Notes: a model not told the origin generated them from the letters alone. A DNA stretch of 64,000 bases from an uncultured Nitrososphaeria archaeon (GCA_964655015.1 CAZZKR010000025.1:10064-74063), one strand, 5' to 3'; shown: positions 39,734 through 50,339, numbered from the stretch's first letter. Made by a program: numbers and translations.

Positions 39734-40512
39734 ACTCCAAATCTACGATTACGTTGTTGGTATGTTCTGATACTTCGTAGAAAATCTATTTTTCTGAATT
39801 CTGGCCAGAAGACATCAAGAAAAACGAGCTCACTGTATGCGGACTGCCACAATAGAAAATTACTTATTCTCTCCTCACCAGACGTCCTGATTACCAAGTC
39901 GGGATCAGAGTTTGGTATGCCGGATGTGTACAAATTTGACTCGATGATTTTTTCGTCAATTTCATCAATAGAAAGTTTCCCTTCTTTCACCATGAGTGCC
40001 ACTTTCTTTGCGGCATCAACTATTTCAGCTCTTCCGCCATAGGCTACTGCGATATTCAGGAAATGATTGTTATACTCTTTGGTTACTTCCTCTAGAGTCT
40101 CGAGTGCCCTTCTGACGTCGTCTGGTATGAGATGTCTTCTACCGATTATCGTGACCTTTACACGATTGTTATGTATCCTAGGATCATTCACAAGCCTTTC
40201 CGCGCGTTCCTTTATCAACTTGAATATTTCTGATAGTTCCTCTTGGCTCCTCCTCAAATTTTCAGTAGAAAGAACGTAAAGTGTCACTGTCTGGATCTTT
40301 AGCTCAATGCACCATTCAAGAACCCTCTCTGCGACATCCGCTCCAATTTTGTGCCCATAACTATAATCAAAACCTTTACTCCTAGCCCAGCGCCTGTTCC
40401 CGTCCAAGATTAACGCTACGTGCTTTGGTATGGGGCCATTCTTAATGCTATTCGTTAACCACAATTCATATAACCAATAAGCACCAAACAGCTTCAGCAA
40501 TCTCTGAATCAT
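39730..40512 (-). CDS. uppS: Di-trans,poly-cis polyprenyl diphosphate synthase (UppS family cis-prenyltransferase)
   Basis: 260 aa with the HVALILDGNRRWA and …ERISNFLLWQSAYSEL… motifs. Confidence 0.85.
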   Translation of the reverse strand: MIQRLLKLFGAYWLYELWLTNSIKNGPIPKHVALILDGNRRWARSKGFDYSYGHKIGADVAERVLEWCIELKIQTVTLYVLSTENLRRSQEELSEIFKLIKERAERLVNDPRIHNNRVKVTIIGRRHLIPDDVRRALETLEEVTKEYNNHFLNIAVAYGGRAEIVDAAKKVALMVKEGKLSIDEIDEKIIESNLYTSGIPNSDPDLVIRTSGEERISNFLLWQSAYSELVFLDVFWPEFRKIDFLRSIRTYQQRNRRFGV

Positions 40513-40521
40513 GCGACCCCC

Positions 40522-41700
40522 TCACTTTGTTTTCTTAAAGTATGGCGCGTATACTTTTCTCAAGTATCTTGTAACTATGAATGTTATCGTTAGAGCCGGT
40601 ATACCTAAAAGTCCTATCGTAAGTAGCATTACCACATGAGGACCAAACGTCATAGCAGATGTGTCCAAAAGTACCAATCCGACCCTTTTCAAGAGCGCCC
40701 ATAACCATATCAGTGTAACGGTTGCTTGAACGGTTCTCCAGAATTTTACGTTCTTTAAAATTATGTAGTATATAGCATACGTAAGGGCCATGACTAATAG
40801 GCTTACAAAAATTAGGTCTATGCCCCCAAGCAGGAATTGACCTGCAAGTGTGGGCAACATTCCTAACCAGTAATAAAAGTCTTCAGAGATTGATGGCAAT
40901 TGTGCATTTTTTGGTAATGCTGAAGACGCGCCAATGTAGCCCGAATAAATGCCTATGAGTAAAATAATCAGCGATGAAATTATGCCGAAGATTCTCAGCT
41001 GCATCAAAGGATGAGAAGATATGAACTTTGATAACGTTCTGAACTTTGCTGCTACCGAACTATCGATCCCAAAACCTCTGATGAATAATGCTATGCCCAG
41101 AATCACTAAAAGTATTGGTAGATTCATCAAACCAAGAGCGTAGAGGGTGCCTATGAAAACTAGCAATATGCCTGGTATTCCTAGAATAACTTTAGAATAT
41201 CTGATGTCGAATATCGCCATCTTTAGGTACCTTCCGAATAGGAGCCATGTATGCTCGATACTCTCGCTTTGTTTGACTACAACTTTCTTGACAGAAATTA
41301 TAGGCAATTTCGATGAAATGATTGGGGAGACGAGTTGATCAGTAACACCATCGCTAACAAAGATGCAGGCAGATGAGGGAAAGTTTTTTAAAACCTCATC
41401 TAACTCGCGCCTTATTTTTTCATCAGACCAGTAACCGCCCTCTTCGCTACCAGCTATGGTCGCAATTTCGACATTCTCTTTTCCATACTTGCTAGCAAGT
41501 TCGTCGTACAGTTTAATGGCACCAAACATGGCATTCGCGTCGGACTCCTCTGGATCCGCCAAGGCAAGGCTTTTTGCTGCCTCTAGATTGCTCTCTTTCC
41601 CCACGATGGGTGTTTTTATACCCGTCTTCTTACCAACATCATTGTCCCTATCAACTACAAGAATTAGGAGCTTCTCTTGTCTTTTTTCCGAATTTTCCAT
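40522..41700 (-). CDS. DUF373-family membrane protein
   Basis: 392 aa with a soluble N-terminal domain and multiple TM helices. Conserved archaeal neighbour of uppS. Confidence 0.5.
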   Translation of the reverse strand: MENSEKRQEKLLILVVDRDNDVGKKTGIKTPIVGKESNLEAAKSLALADPEESDANAMFGAIKLYDELASKYGKENVEIATIAGSEEGGYWSDEKIRRELDEVLKNFPSSACIFVSDGVTDQLVSPIISSKLPIISVKKVVVKQSESIEHTWLLFGRYLKMAIFDIRYSKVILGIPGILLVFIGTLYALGLMNLPILLVILGIALFIRGFGIDSSVAAKFRTLSKFISSHPLMQLRIFGIISSLIILLIGIYSGYIGASSALPKNAQLPSISEDFYYWLGMLPTLAGQFLLGGIDLIFVSLLVMALTYAIYYIILKNVKFWRTVQATVTLIWLWALLKRVGLVLLDTSAMTFGPHVVMLLTIGLLGIPALTITFIVTRYLRKVYAPYFKKTK

Positions 41701-41790
41701 GCTATTTTTCCGTTACAATTATTTCCACTCAGTCTAATATAACGTTAACCATTCTAAAAACATTGGAATACGTTATCCGTCCTTCGCATT

Positions 41791-42684
41791 CTAAAGTTTA
41801 AACTCCTCATCGTTCTCAAGCAAAAGTTTCAATTCTTGGAATGTTACGCTCTTACCTTTTAATAGCCTCTGTTTTACCTCAGAAATAACGCGCTTTTTAG
41901 CCTCTTCTTCTTTCCGTTTCACCGTATTGTCCATGGTGGTCTTTAACTGTTCCATCAACAATGTCAACTTAGATTGGAATAATATTCGCTCAGCCTCAGC
42001 CCTGCTAAGTCTCTCCTTTATCTCCATGTAATCTTTACACTTCTCCTCGTACTTTTTCTTCAAATTCTCGTATTCTTCTTTCATTCTGCTAATTTCTTCG
42101 CTAATGTCTTCCAACATGCTTTTTGTTGTATTCAACTCGTTTCCTATCGAATTAATTTTATCATTCTGAGCGTTAATGCTCGCGATGAGGCTTTCCCGTT
42201 TTTTAATCAATATTGCAACCTCCTCTAACTTTTTGGACTCAAGGAAAAGCCTTCTTTCTTCGCTCGGTTTTAGTATCGAAGTATGTATTGTCCACTCTAT
42301 GTTTTTGATCTTCTCATTTATTTCATCTATGCTAACATCGCTCTTTGGATATCTTACGTCGTTTTCGATACTCTTCAGTTGTTTGATAAGCTCACTTCTC
42401 GAAGCGTAGCATGCCTTCAACTCAGACTTCAGTTTCTTATACTCTTCCAAAAGCTTCTTCTTTTCATTTAACTTTTCTTGAAGCTTCTGCCTCACCTCTT
42501 TTTTCTGCTCGCGGAGAGAATCTAGCGCTCTTGATGCCTCGCTGAACATGGCCTCGATTTGCTTTATTACACCGCTTAACTCCCTGACTTTCTCCTTTAG
42601 TTGCTCGACTTCCGTATCTTCGTATGCCATTGTTCTCTCTCCTTTGAAAGTTTTAGGATTATATAAGCCTCTACGTTTTGACAT
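41791..42684 (-). CDS. Archaeal coiled-coil protein (COG1340-like)
   Basis: 297 aa, almost entirely heptad-repeat coiled coil. Adjacent to the GPN-loop GTPase. Confidence 0.5.
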   Translation of the reverse strand: MSKRRGLYNPKTFKGERTMAYEDTEVEQLKEKVRELSGVIKQIEAMFSEASRALDSLREQKKEVRQKLQEKLNEKKKLLEEYKKLKSELKACYASRSELIKQLKSIENDVRYPKSDVSIDEINEKIKNIEWTIHTSILKPSEERRLFLESKKLEEVAILIKKRESLIASINAQNDKINSIGNELNTTKSMLEDISEEISRMKEEYENLKKKYEEKCKDYMEIKERLSRAEAERILFQSKLTLLMEQLKTTMDNTVKRKEEEAKKRVISEVKQRLLKGKSVTFQELKLLLENDEEFKL

Positions 42685-42725
42685 TGATGTAAATGTTTAA
42701 AACGCTTGACAAATGCAAATACTTT

Positions 42726-43496
42726 CTACCTAAGCTCTAACTCGCCCTCGCTAAATATCCTTGTGAGAGCACCATGAAGTTCAACAAGGCCACTCATATT
42801 AAGGGCTGACACGGGTATTATGGGAATAAAACTACTCACGTCGAACACGGCTTTTGCAACATCCCTCGCGAGTAGCATTTGAGCTCCTTTAAGTTTATTC
42901 TCCAGATCTAGCAAGAATGCTTCATCCGATTCAGCCCATCTGAGTATCCTATTTACGTATTTTTTTGGTATAGCATCAACTTTTGATAATGCCATAACGA
43001 GAGGCATGCCGAAGCTTAGGTATATCGATACGGAAAGGAATATGCTTGCGGCGAAGTTTTTCGGATTAATGCAGAACATTGGGTCCAGAAGGAACAGCAT
43101 CGCTTTGGAACCGTCAGTAAGGCTTTTGGCGATTATTTTTCCCTCTTTCCTGAATGCGAAGAGTTCAAGCTGACCCGGCGTATCAACGAGCACATAATCA
43201 ACGTTGAACGAATTAACTTCTTCTCTTAGTTCCTCTATATGTCTAGCAATCTCTCTTACAGATGCTATTAGTGCTGCATTCGGTCCGAGTCTTCGGGTTA
43301 CCATTATCCTTTCATAGTCGACCATCTCTCTTACATCCACGTCAGGCTCGTAGGGCAGAACTGTTGCCGCAGGGTCTAGGTTAACCGTTATGGTCGACTG
43401 CTCTTGGTCACGAAGCCACTCGCTAAATGACCCGGTCAGGGTCGATTTACCAGATCCTGCAGTTCCTGTTATAAATAGAGTGTACATAATTTCCAC
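42726..43496 (-). CDS. GPN-loop GTPase
   Basis: 256 aa with a P-loop (GTAGSGKST) and a GPN motif variant (GPNAA); …LVDTPGQLELF…. Confidence 0.8.
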   Translation of the reverse strand: MEIMYTLFITGTAGSGKSTLTGSFSEWLRDQEQSTITVNLDPAATVLPYEPDVDVREMVDYERIMVTRRLGPNAALIASVREIARHIEELREEVNSFNVDYVLVDTPGQLELFAFRKEGKIIAKSLTDGSKAMLFLLDPMFCINPKNFAASIFLSVSIYLSFGMPLVMALSKVDAIPKKYVNRILRWAESDEAFLLDLENKLKGAQMLLARDVAKAVFDVSSFIPIIPVSALNMSGLVELHGALTRIFSEGELELR

Positions 43497-43550
43497 TTCT
43501 CAATTATTTATTTTTACGTTAACTTATATGCATAACTTAACTCGTGGGGT

Positions 43551-44699
43551 TTATTCGGCTCTAAGTGCCTGTACTGGGTCTAGCCTTGCCGCTCTTAAAG
43601 CTGGATATATGCCAGAGAGAAGACCTACGACGACGGCAAACAAAAAACTACCTGCTAGCGTTGTCAGCGTTATCCTAGGCTGGTATAACACCGGATTTCC
43701 GCTCATTCCAATCAGGAAAGACGAAAACATCCCCCCGAGTGACATAGCTAACAAGCTTCCTAGAACCATGCCGAGTAAGCCCCCTATTATGCCTATTAAT
43801 GTTGACTCTGCTAGGAAAATTTTTGCAACATCCTTTTGAGAAAAGCCCAAGGCCCTAAGTATGCCTATTTCCTTTGTCCTCTCCATAACGGTCATGAACA
43901 TAGTGTTCATAATACCTACACCAGCGACTACTAGCGCTATACTGGACACCACTAGGAGGAATATCGTGAAGTTATTGAGTATTGTCTTCACCTGCCTTAC
44001 TATCGTTAAGGGGCTAATCAAGTCCGCATCTTTTCCGTAGATGTTGTTCAAGGCTTCGATGGTAGGTTCGACAAAATCCGTAGATTCTACAATCACCACG
44101 ATGCTAGGATAACTCGTAGACTTGAAAATACTGCGCGCCTGCGGTATGGTTATCATGATGCTTTTATCGACGTCAAGATATGGGGTCGAACCGAACTTCT
44201 TGTATATCGCTCCGACGATAAAGGACCTCGTGACGCGTTGCCCTTCAACTGTAAGTTCTAGTGTCACGCTACTGTATAGGGGTATGTTCTTACCTAACTC
44301 TCCGGGTGGGAATGCAACATCGTATCCTATAGCTACCGTTGCCATGTCGTTCGGTGATAGATCTTCACCTTGATAGATTTCCAAATCGGGTAATATTTGA
44401 TATGTCAAGGTCGGATCCAGACCTATTATGGAAACTGTTTGCTCGAAGCCACCGCCTATAAGCTTGCCCCGAGAAAGATAGAACGGGCTGACAGCCTTAA
44501 CCCCTGGTAAGTTTGCGAGCAACATGACATCGGTATCCGTCAGCTTTAGGGTCTCTCTCGGACCAGCCCGGGCAGATACCGTTCCGGAGGGTGTTACGAA
44601 TATATTGTTGACACCTATCTTCGAGAGAACGTCATCTATTAAGACGTTTAGACCTTCGGTGTTCGATACTAGGGATATTATTAATGCAGTTCCTATCAT
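43551..44699 (-). CDS. ABC transporter permease (FtsX/MacB-like)
   Basis: 382 aa. An N-terminal TM helix and a large extracytoplasmic domain are followed by a C-terminal 3-TM FtsX domain. Confidence 0.75.
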   Translation of the reverse strand: MIGTALIISLVSNTEGLNVLIDDVLSKIGVNNIFVTPSGTVSARAGPRETLKLTDTDVMLLANLPGVKAVSPFYLSRGKLIGGGFEQTVSIIGLDPTLTYQILPDLEIYQGEDLSPNDMATVAIGYDVAFPPGELGKNIPLYSSVTLELTVEGQRVTRSFIVGAIYKKFGSTPYLDVDKSIMITIPQARSIFKSTSYPSIVVIVESTDFVEPTIEALNNIYGKDADLISPLTIVRQVKTILNNFTIFLLVVSSIALVVAGVGIMNTMFMTVMERTKEIGILRALGFSQKDVAKIFLAESTLIGIIGGLLGMVLGSLLAMSLGGMFSSFLIGMSGNPVLYQPRITLTTLAGSFLFAVVVGLLSGIYPALRAARLDPVQALRAE

Positions 44700-44740
44700 T
44701 ATGCCTACGACGGTCAGAACAGTCCTTACCCTGCGAGTCC

Positions 44741-46768
44741 TTAAGCCGCCGAAGGCGTACCAGACTGTATCAACGATTTTCGTCTCCTTCTCCCCCCTAT
44801 CTTTATTGCTGATACGACAGAAGCTACGGCAGCTATAGCTATTAAGACGGCGGCTGTATACCAGACACTATCGGTCAGAACAATGCCTGTTTTTTCTTGA
44901 GGTTGCGGCCAGCTACTCGTGATTACCACATCATACACAAACGTTTTCGAAAAGTTGTTCCTTAACGTATCTTTGTATTCGACTAAGATTTTTACCGGTA
45001 TAACACCGGGTGTGAGGTTTCCTACGACGACTATTGGTAGATTAAACATCAAAGGAGCATTTGGATTCACATCCCCGAGATAAACGGACCTAAGCGGACG
45101 TATAACGTTATTACCATCAACCAACAAAATTCTCGTAAAGAATGCCGGTTCATTCCCTTCATTTAACAACCTTCCAACAATGTATGGTTGTTTATTTATG
45201 ACCTCAAAGTTTAAGTCCTGAAGTTTTAAGTCTATTATGCCCTTAACATAGTATCCAAGCTTGTAACTTTCTGTTTTTGTTATGCCCTGCCAATCTATAT
45301 ACTCGACATTCACGTTTATGTACGTCGAGTATCCAACGGTGGATAGTTTTTCAAAAGTCTGCTCCGAGACAAAGATCAGAACGTTTAACTCAATTTCCTC
45401 GTCTGGACGTATTTCTTTGAAATATTCTCTGGCGCCCTCCAGCAGGGTTAACCAACTAGCTGTGGATTCCAAAGTTATCGACACATCTCTTAATGTGTAT
45501 GGTTTCAGGTTCTTCACAAGTATGCTCACGTTGTTTATAGAACCAGATGTTAAGTACGCCTCCGATGTTATCTTGAACGCTTTAGAAAGTGGTTGGTCCG
45601 CAACCCTTATGCCTATTGTTCTGATCACTTCATATGAATTGTTGTAAATATCGCGATAGGATAGTTTCAATGAAAGCAAGAAAGATTTGCCAGAGGCCAT
45701 CTGACTGGCGAATAACTCGAAGTCCATTATTTGCTCCTCTCCGGGTTTTAACTCGTTCAAACTCCACCTGCCAGTTTTTCCAACAAATGTAAGAAATGCA
45801 GGTGTACTCTGCGGAAGTGTTAGCTCAGCTTCTACAGAGTAAGCAGGCTCTGTCCCCTCGTTCCGAATAACCATTTTTAGCTGATTTACCGTCGTAGGTG
45901 ATAGTAAATCGTTATCAAGTGTCACTTCGATCCTTATCCTCTCAGTTATATATGTGCCTATGCGAAACATAGCGTTATGTTGAAGTCTCTTTTGCTGTCC
46001 ATACGAGTCCAAGTATGTGATATCTATCGGTATGCGTAAGGCTTTGTTTGCAGCATAGCTTTCTATTTGTAGCAGTATGGGCAACATCACATCGGTACCT
46101 GGCGGTATTCTACTAAATTGCCAGGAGCGTTTTGTATCAATTAAGGTCACACCTGGTATGTCCGGGTCTCCTAATGAAATCATTACGTTATACATGTCCG
46201 CGGTACCATCATTAGAGATTATGATCTTGACTTCGTTTGACATGCCCGGTATCAAAGATTTGTATTCCGTCTTGACCGAAGCTAAGCTCTTTCCAGTGAC
46301 TCTTATATCAAAGTAAACATACGATGAGGACATGACAAGGTCTTTTTCATCCTCGTCATAGTACTTGTAGTATACGACTGCATATGCTTTGTAGAGGCCG
46401 GGTTTTATCTCGTCAGATATATCGATGAGGTAGTGAAGTGTAAAGGATCTTCCGCTTGGTACAGGATCTACATAGACGGCCTCGCGGGTAAATCTGGACT
46501 TCGTTAAAGAATCTTCAAACCCCTCAGGGAGGACGAGATAACCTCTTACACCTATAATTTGTTCTTTTCTTGCATTAACCATCTGTAAAGTCAATGGTAC
46601 GTTTTTGTCACCTGCGTCAACTTCGATCTTGTTGCTTGGGTCGCCCCAGAACGCATCCACGGCTATTATGTTTTCTGAATGCACGCTTACCAAATTTATA
46701 AGTGCAAGCACAAATGTTATTGAGAATAACATTAAAATGATCTTATGGTTTTTCATAAACCATCCCAT
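44741..46768 (-). CDS. Large extracytoplasmic protein with an N-terminal signal/anchor and a C-terminal TM anchor (COG1361/S-layer-like)
   Basis: 675 aa with a hydrophobic N-terminus, beta-rich repeats, and a C-terminal hydrophobic helix plus RRRRK tail. Encoded between the ABC ATPase and permease. Confidence 0.5.
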   Translation of the reverse strand: MGWFMKNHKIILMLFSITFVLALINLVSVHSENIIAVDAFWGDPSNKIEVDAGDKNVPLTLQMVNARKEQIIGVRGYLVLPEGFEDSLTKSRFTREAVYVDPVPSGRSFTLHYLIDISDEIKPGLYKAYAVVYYKYYDEDEKDLVMSSSYVYFDIRVTGKSLASVKTEYKSLIPGMSNEVKIIISNDGTADMYNVMISLGDPDIPGVTLIDTKRSWQFSRIPPGTDVMLPILLQIESYAANKALRIPIDITYLDSYGQQKRLQHNAMFRIGTYITERIRIEVTLDNDLLSPTTVNQLKMVIRNEGTEPAYSVEAELTLPQSTPAFLTFVGKTGRWSLNELKPGEEQIMDFELFASQMASGKSFLLSLKLSYRDIYNNSYEVIRTIGIRVADQPLSKAFKITSEAYLTSGSINNVSILVKNLKPYTLRDVSITLESTASWLTLLEGAREYFKEIRPDEEIELNVLIFVSEQTFEKLSTVGYSTYINVNVEYIDWQGITKTESYKLGYYVKGIIDLKLQDLNFEVINKQPYIVGRLLNEGNEPAFFTRILLVDGNNVIRPLRSVYLGDVNPNAPLMFNLPIVVVGNLTPGVIPVKILVEYKDTLRNNFSKTFVYDVVITSSWPQPQEKTGIVLTDSVWYTAAVLIAIAAVASVVSAIKIGGRRRRKSLIQSGTPSAA

Positions 46769-47432
46769 CCCTCAGCCTGATTATTCGATCAGCGGATTCC
46801 GCTATCTCCATGTTATGGGTTACCACAACAACCGTGGACCCATGCCTTTTATTTATGTCTTTTATTACGTTTATAACACCCTCTGCAGACTTTGAGTCAA
46901 GATTGCCAGTAGGCTCATCGCATAGCAGAATTTTCGGGTTGGTTACTATAGCTCTTGCTATAGCTACACGTTGCTGCTCGCCTCCACTCAGCTCCGTAGG
47001 TTTATTGTTATACTTTGATGCTAGCCCAACTAGGTCGAGCGCCCTTATCGCTAACTTCTCTCTTTCGTCTGGAGGAACACCCCTTAGCATTAAAGGGAGT
47101 TCTACATTTTGTTTGGCGGTTAATCTGGGGATTAGGTTGTATGCTTGAAATACAAAACCTACGGTTCTGTTCCTTAGCACGCTTAGTTCAGCATCATTTA
47201 ACATAGAAATGTCTACGCCGTCTATGAAGACTTTGCCTTTAGTCGGTCTATCCAAAGCGCCAGCTATGTGAAGTAAGGTAGATTTCCCGCTACCACTCGG
47301 TCCAACAACCGCGACGAACTCGCCGCTTTCAATATATAATGTGACGCCTCGTAGTGCTGGAAACTCTATGTTACCCATTCGGTAAATCTTCCAGACATCC
47401 TCAAACCTGATGGTATATCCTTTCGTAGCCAT
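46743..47432 (-). CDS. ABC transporter ATP-binding protein (MacB/LolD type)
   Basis: 229 aa with Walker A (GPSGSGKST), signature (LSGGEQQRVAIARA) and Walker B (ILLCDEPTGNLD). Confidence 0.85.
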   Translation of the reverse strand: MATKGYTIRFEDVWKIYRMGNIEFPALRGVTLYIESGEFVAVVGPSGSGKSTLLHIAGALDRPTKGKVFIDGVDISMLNDAELSVLRNRTVGFVFQAYNLIPRLTAKQNVELPLMLRGVPPDEREKLAIRALDLVGLASKYNNKPTELSGGEQQRVAIARAIVTNPKILLCDEPTGNLDSKSAEGVINVIKDINKRHGSTVVVVTHNMEIAESADRIIRLRDGMVYEKP

Positions 47433-47486
47433 ATTCCGTTAAAATATGTGACGATAACAATATAAAGGTATGCGGCGCTATAAAAA

Positions 47487-48437
47487 ATGGCCATGGTTAC
47501 AATAGATGAAGATAAGATAACTTCCATTGTAGAAAAAGTTATGCCTTCTGTGGTAAACGTTAGCACGATCCACTTCCTTCAAGTCTCTCCTTTTGAAATT
47601 GCGCCTGTAAGTGGTGTAGGTTCAGGAATAGTGTTTGATTCAGACGGGTACATTATAACCAATGCGCATGTAGTCGAAGCGGCTCAAAGAATAAACGTTA
47701 CACTATACAACGGCGAGGTCCTGAGCGGTGAGGTTATCGGCAAAGATATCATGACTGATGTTGCTCTCATAAAGGTTGATAGAAAAGGCCTACAGGCGGC
47801 TAGGTTAGGAGATTCTTCGAAACTTAAAGTTGGACAATTCGTCATAGCTATCGGGAACCCGTTTGGTTTGGCAGGCGGTCCTACAGTAACTATGGGTGTA
47901 ATCAGCGCGCTAAACAGAAACATACAGACGCGCTTTGGTTTGATGGAGGGTCTCGTTCAGACAGATGCCGCTATAAATCCGGGAAATAGCGGGGGCCCCT
48001 TGATAAACTTAGCGGGCGAAGTTATAGCGATTACAACAGCCATAATACCGTTTGCCCAGGGCATTGGATTCGCAATACCAATAAATACCGTGAAAAAAGT
48101 GGCCGAGGACATCATTACAGTAGGTTACGTTAGAAGACCGTGGCTCGGCATAGTGGGCATATCTCTTAATCCTACGACGTCAACATACTATAACTTTCCA
48201 GTTGATGAAGGTGTTCTGGTCTATAGGGTTGCACCGAATAGTCCAGCCCACTTGGCCGGTATAAGAGAAGGTGACATAATAGTCGCGATAGATGGTGAAA
48301 ACGTGAATTCCATCGAGACGCTAAAAAAGATAATTGAATCAAAAAAAGTTGGAGCTGAGATAGAGGTAAGCATAGTCAGGGGCCTGAGCTTGACTAAGAC
48401 AAAAGTTAGGCTTTTAGCCTTAAGACCTTCGGAGTAA
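47487..48437 (+). CDS. htrA: HtrA/DegP-family serine protease with a PDZ domain
   Basis: 316 aa with the trypsin-like triad context (…TNAHVV…D…GNSGGPL) and a C-terminal PDZ. Confidence 0.8.
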   Translation: MAMVTIDEDKITSIVEKVMPSVVNVSTIHFLQVSPFEIAPVSGVGSGIVFDSDGYIITNAHVVEAAQRINVTLYNGEVLSGEVIGKDIMTDVALIKVDRKGLQAARLGDSSKLKVGQFVIAIGNPFGLAGGPTVTMGVISALNRNIQTRFGLMEGLVQTDAAINPGNSGGPLINLAGEVIAITTAIIPFAQGIGFAIPINTVKKVAEDIITVGYVRRPWLGIVGISLNPTTSTYYNFPVDEGVLVYRVAPNSPAHLAGIREGDIIVAIDGENVNSIETLKKIIESKKVGAEIEVSIVRGLSLTKTKVRLLALRPSE

Positions 48438-48452
48438 GTTGGTGATTCCATC

Positions 48453-49748
48453 ATGGAACTTTACGAGCTTAGGACGCAAAAATCGCGAATTCTTCATGAT
48501 GAAGCGAGAAAGTTCTTGCCTGGGGGCGTTACTTATGCAATAAAGTACTGGGAACCGTATCCGATTTATGTCTCCAGAGCTAAAGGTAGCAGGATATGGG
48601 ATGTTGATGGAAACGAATATTTAGATTTCTGGATGGGACACGCAGCGATCATAATGGGACATGCGTATGAGCCAGTCATCAGGGCAGCGAAAGAACAGCT
48701 TGAGCTGGGTGCCCATCTTGGTTTCTGCCATGAGTGGGAGATAAAGTTAGCAGAAATTGTGACGAAGATGGTGCCAAGCGTAAGGTTATTCAGAGCCACA
48801 AACAGCGGTACCGAGGCAAACATGTATGCCATTAGGCTTGCTAGGGCTTACACGGGGAAAAGCAAGATAGCAAAGTTTGAAGGACACTGGCACGGTGGTT
48901 ACGACGCTCTACATAAGGCTGTTAACCCACCGCTAGACAAACCAGCATCATTGGGTTTAACGGACTGTGTTATGAATGATACGATAGTTTTGCCATTCAA
49001 CGACCTCGATGGTGTGAGGCAGAAGGTAAAAGGTGAAAATCTTGCATGTATAATTCTAGAACCTGTTATGGGATCCAACGGCATGATACCTGCCGATAGA
49101 GAATTCCTTAAAGGGCTCAGAGAACTTTGCGACGAGCTTGACATCCTTTTGATATTCGATGAAGTAATAACGGGCTTTAGGTTGGCCAAGGGTGGTGCGC
49201 AGGAGTACTACGGCGTATTGGCAGATATTACTACGTTCGGTAAGGTCCTCGGTGGGGGCATATTTCCTGCTGGTGGGTTTGGAGGTAGAGAGGATATCAT
49301 GGAATTACTCGATCAGACAAAAAGGAAGCATTATGAGATGTCGTTTCACGGTGGAACCTATGCTGGGAATCCGCTTACGGCCAGGGCAGGTTACACGTTG
49401 TTAAGCGAGCTGATAAAGGGCGATGCGTATCCAAAGATAAACGCACTTGGTGAGAAAGCCAGAAAAGGGTTGGAGGACGTTTTCAGCAGACATAAGGTAA
49501 GTGCTCATGTTACTGGCGTAGGGTCTCTATTTGCAGTTCACTTCACAAAAGAAAAACCAAGAGACATTAGGAGCGCAATAGGTGATACCAAACTCGCAAA
49601 AGATTGCTTTTACTTTATGCTTAACAACAACATTTTATGCATGAAACCTAGCAAGCAGGTGTTTGCCCCCTCAGTGGCGCATTCTGAGGAAGATATAGAA
49701 CGCTTGCTCTCGGTTATGGAGGAGTTTTTAAGGCAAGTACCGATTTAA
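48453..49748 (+). CDS. hemL: Class-III aminotransferase, glutamate-1-semialdehyde 2,1-aminomutase-like
   Basis: 431 aa PLP fold; SGTEAN…FDEVITGFR…, with a Lys in the GKVLGGG region. Confidence 0.65.
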   Translation: MELYELRTQKSRILHDEARKFLPGGVTYAIKYWEPYPIYVSRAKGSRIWDVDGNEYLDFWMGHAAIIMGHAYEPVIRAAKEQLELGAHLGFCHEWEIKLAEIVTKMVPSVRLFRATNSGTEANMYAIRLARAYTGKSKIAKFEGHWHGGYDALHKAVNPPLDKPASLGLTDCVMNDTIVLPFNDLDGVRQKVKGENLACIILEPVMGSNGMIPADREFLKGLRELCDELDILLIFDEVITGFRLAKGGAQEYYGVLADITTFGKVLGGGIFPAGGFGGREDIMELLDQTKRKHYEMSFHGGTYAGNPLTARAGYTLLSELIKGDAYPKINALGEKARKGLEDVFSRHKVSAHVTGVGSLFAVHFTKEKPRDIRSAIGDTKLAKDCFYFMLNNNILCMKPSKQVFAPSVAHSEEDIERLLSVMEEFLRQVPI

Positions 49749-50137
49749 CAGGCCTGCCAACTCTCTGGTATAATGCTGGCTATGTCTTTTATCTCTCTTA
49801 TACCAATCTTTCTCACTATTGATAATTTTCTCATATATGATACGTCGACTTCTTTCATGCGGCCCGACAGGTTGACAACTACTCTTCTAGCGATGCTTGC
49901 CCCTTCAGAATCCAGATCAGTCAGCACTATTAACTTAGCCGTACTGTTGTTCTCAGCCCAGCTTAGCAGGGCCCTTATGGAAGTGTACTTAAGTATTGTA
50001 CCTTTTATGCCCAGTCTTTTAAGGCATTCTTCGTCACGCTTGCCCTCGACTAATATGACTGCCCCTGACTCGCTTTCAGCCCTTAAGTCGCTAACAATTT
50101 TAAGTACTTTCTCAGTTAGTTCTTGATCTCGTTGCAT
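49745..50137 (-). CDS. Small Toprim-domain protein
   Basis: 130 aa with the Toprim acidic motifs (ILVEGKRDE and LTDLDSEG). Confidence 0.65.
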   Translation of the reverse strand: MQRDQELTEKVLKIVSDLRAESESGAVILVEGKRDEECLKRLGIKGTILKYTSIRALLSWAENNSTAKLIVLTDLDSEGASIARRVVVNLSGRMKEVDVSYMRKLSIVRKIGIREIKDIASIIPESWQAC

Positions 50138-50324
50138 CTAAATTTCCCCACTACCCTTGGACTAAAAAATCTTTTTTTGAAAAGTTTGGTACGTTTTTCC
50201 GATGGAGATAGTCATTTTATGAGATTTTATTTGACAAAAATCGCTCATGGGTACCTCTTATGAATATACAGCCGTATTAATAACGGATTTCTGATACCTT
50301 CATTTTTACCTTGCTCCAAGTAAA

Positions 50325-50332
50325 GGAGGTGG
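50325..50332 (+). promoter_or_regulatory. Shine-Dalgarno-like GGAGGTGG upstream of the RHH gene
   Basis: AAGGAGGTGG lies about 7-8 nt upstream of the GTG at 50340. Confidence 0.5.
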
Positions 50333-50339
50333 ATAATAG

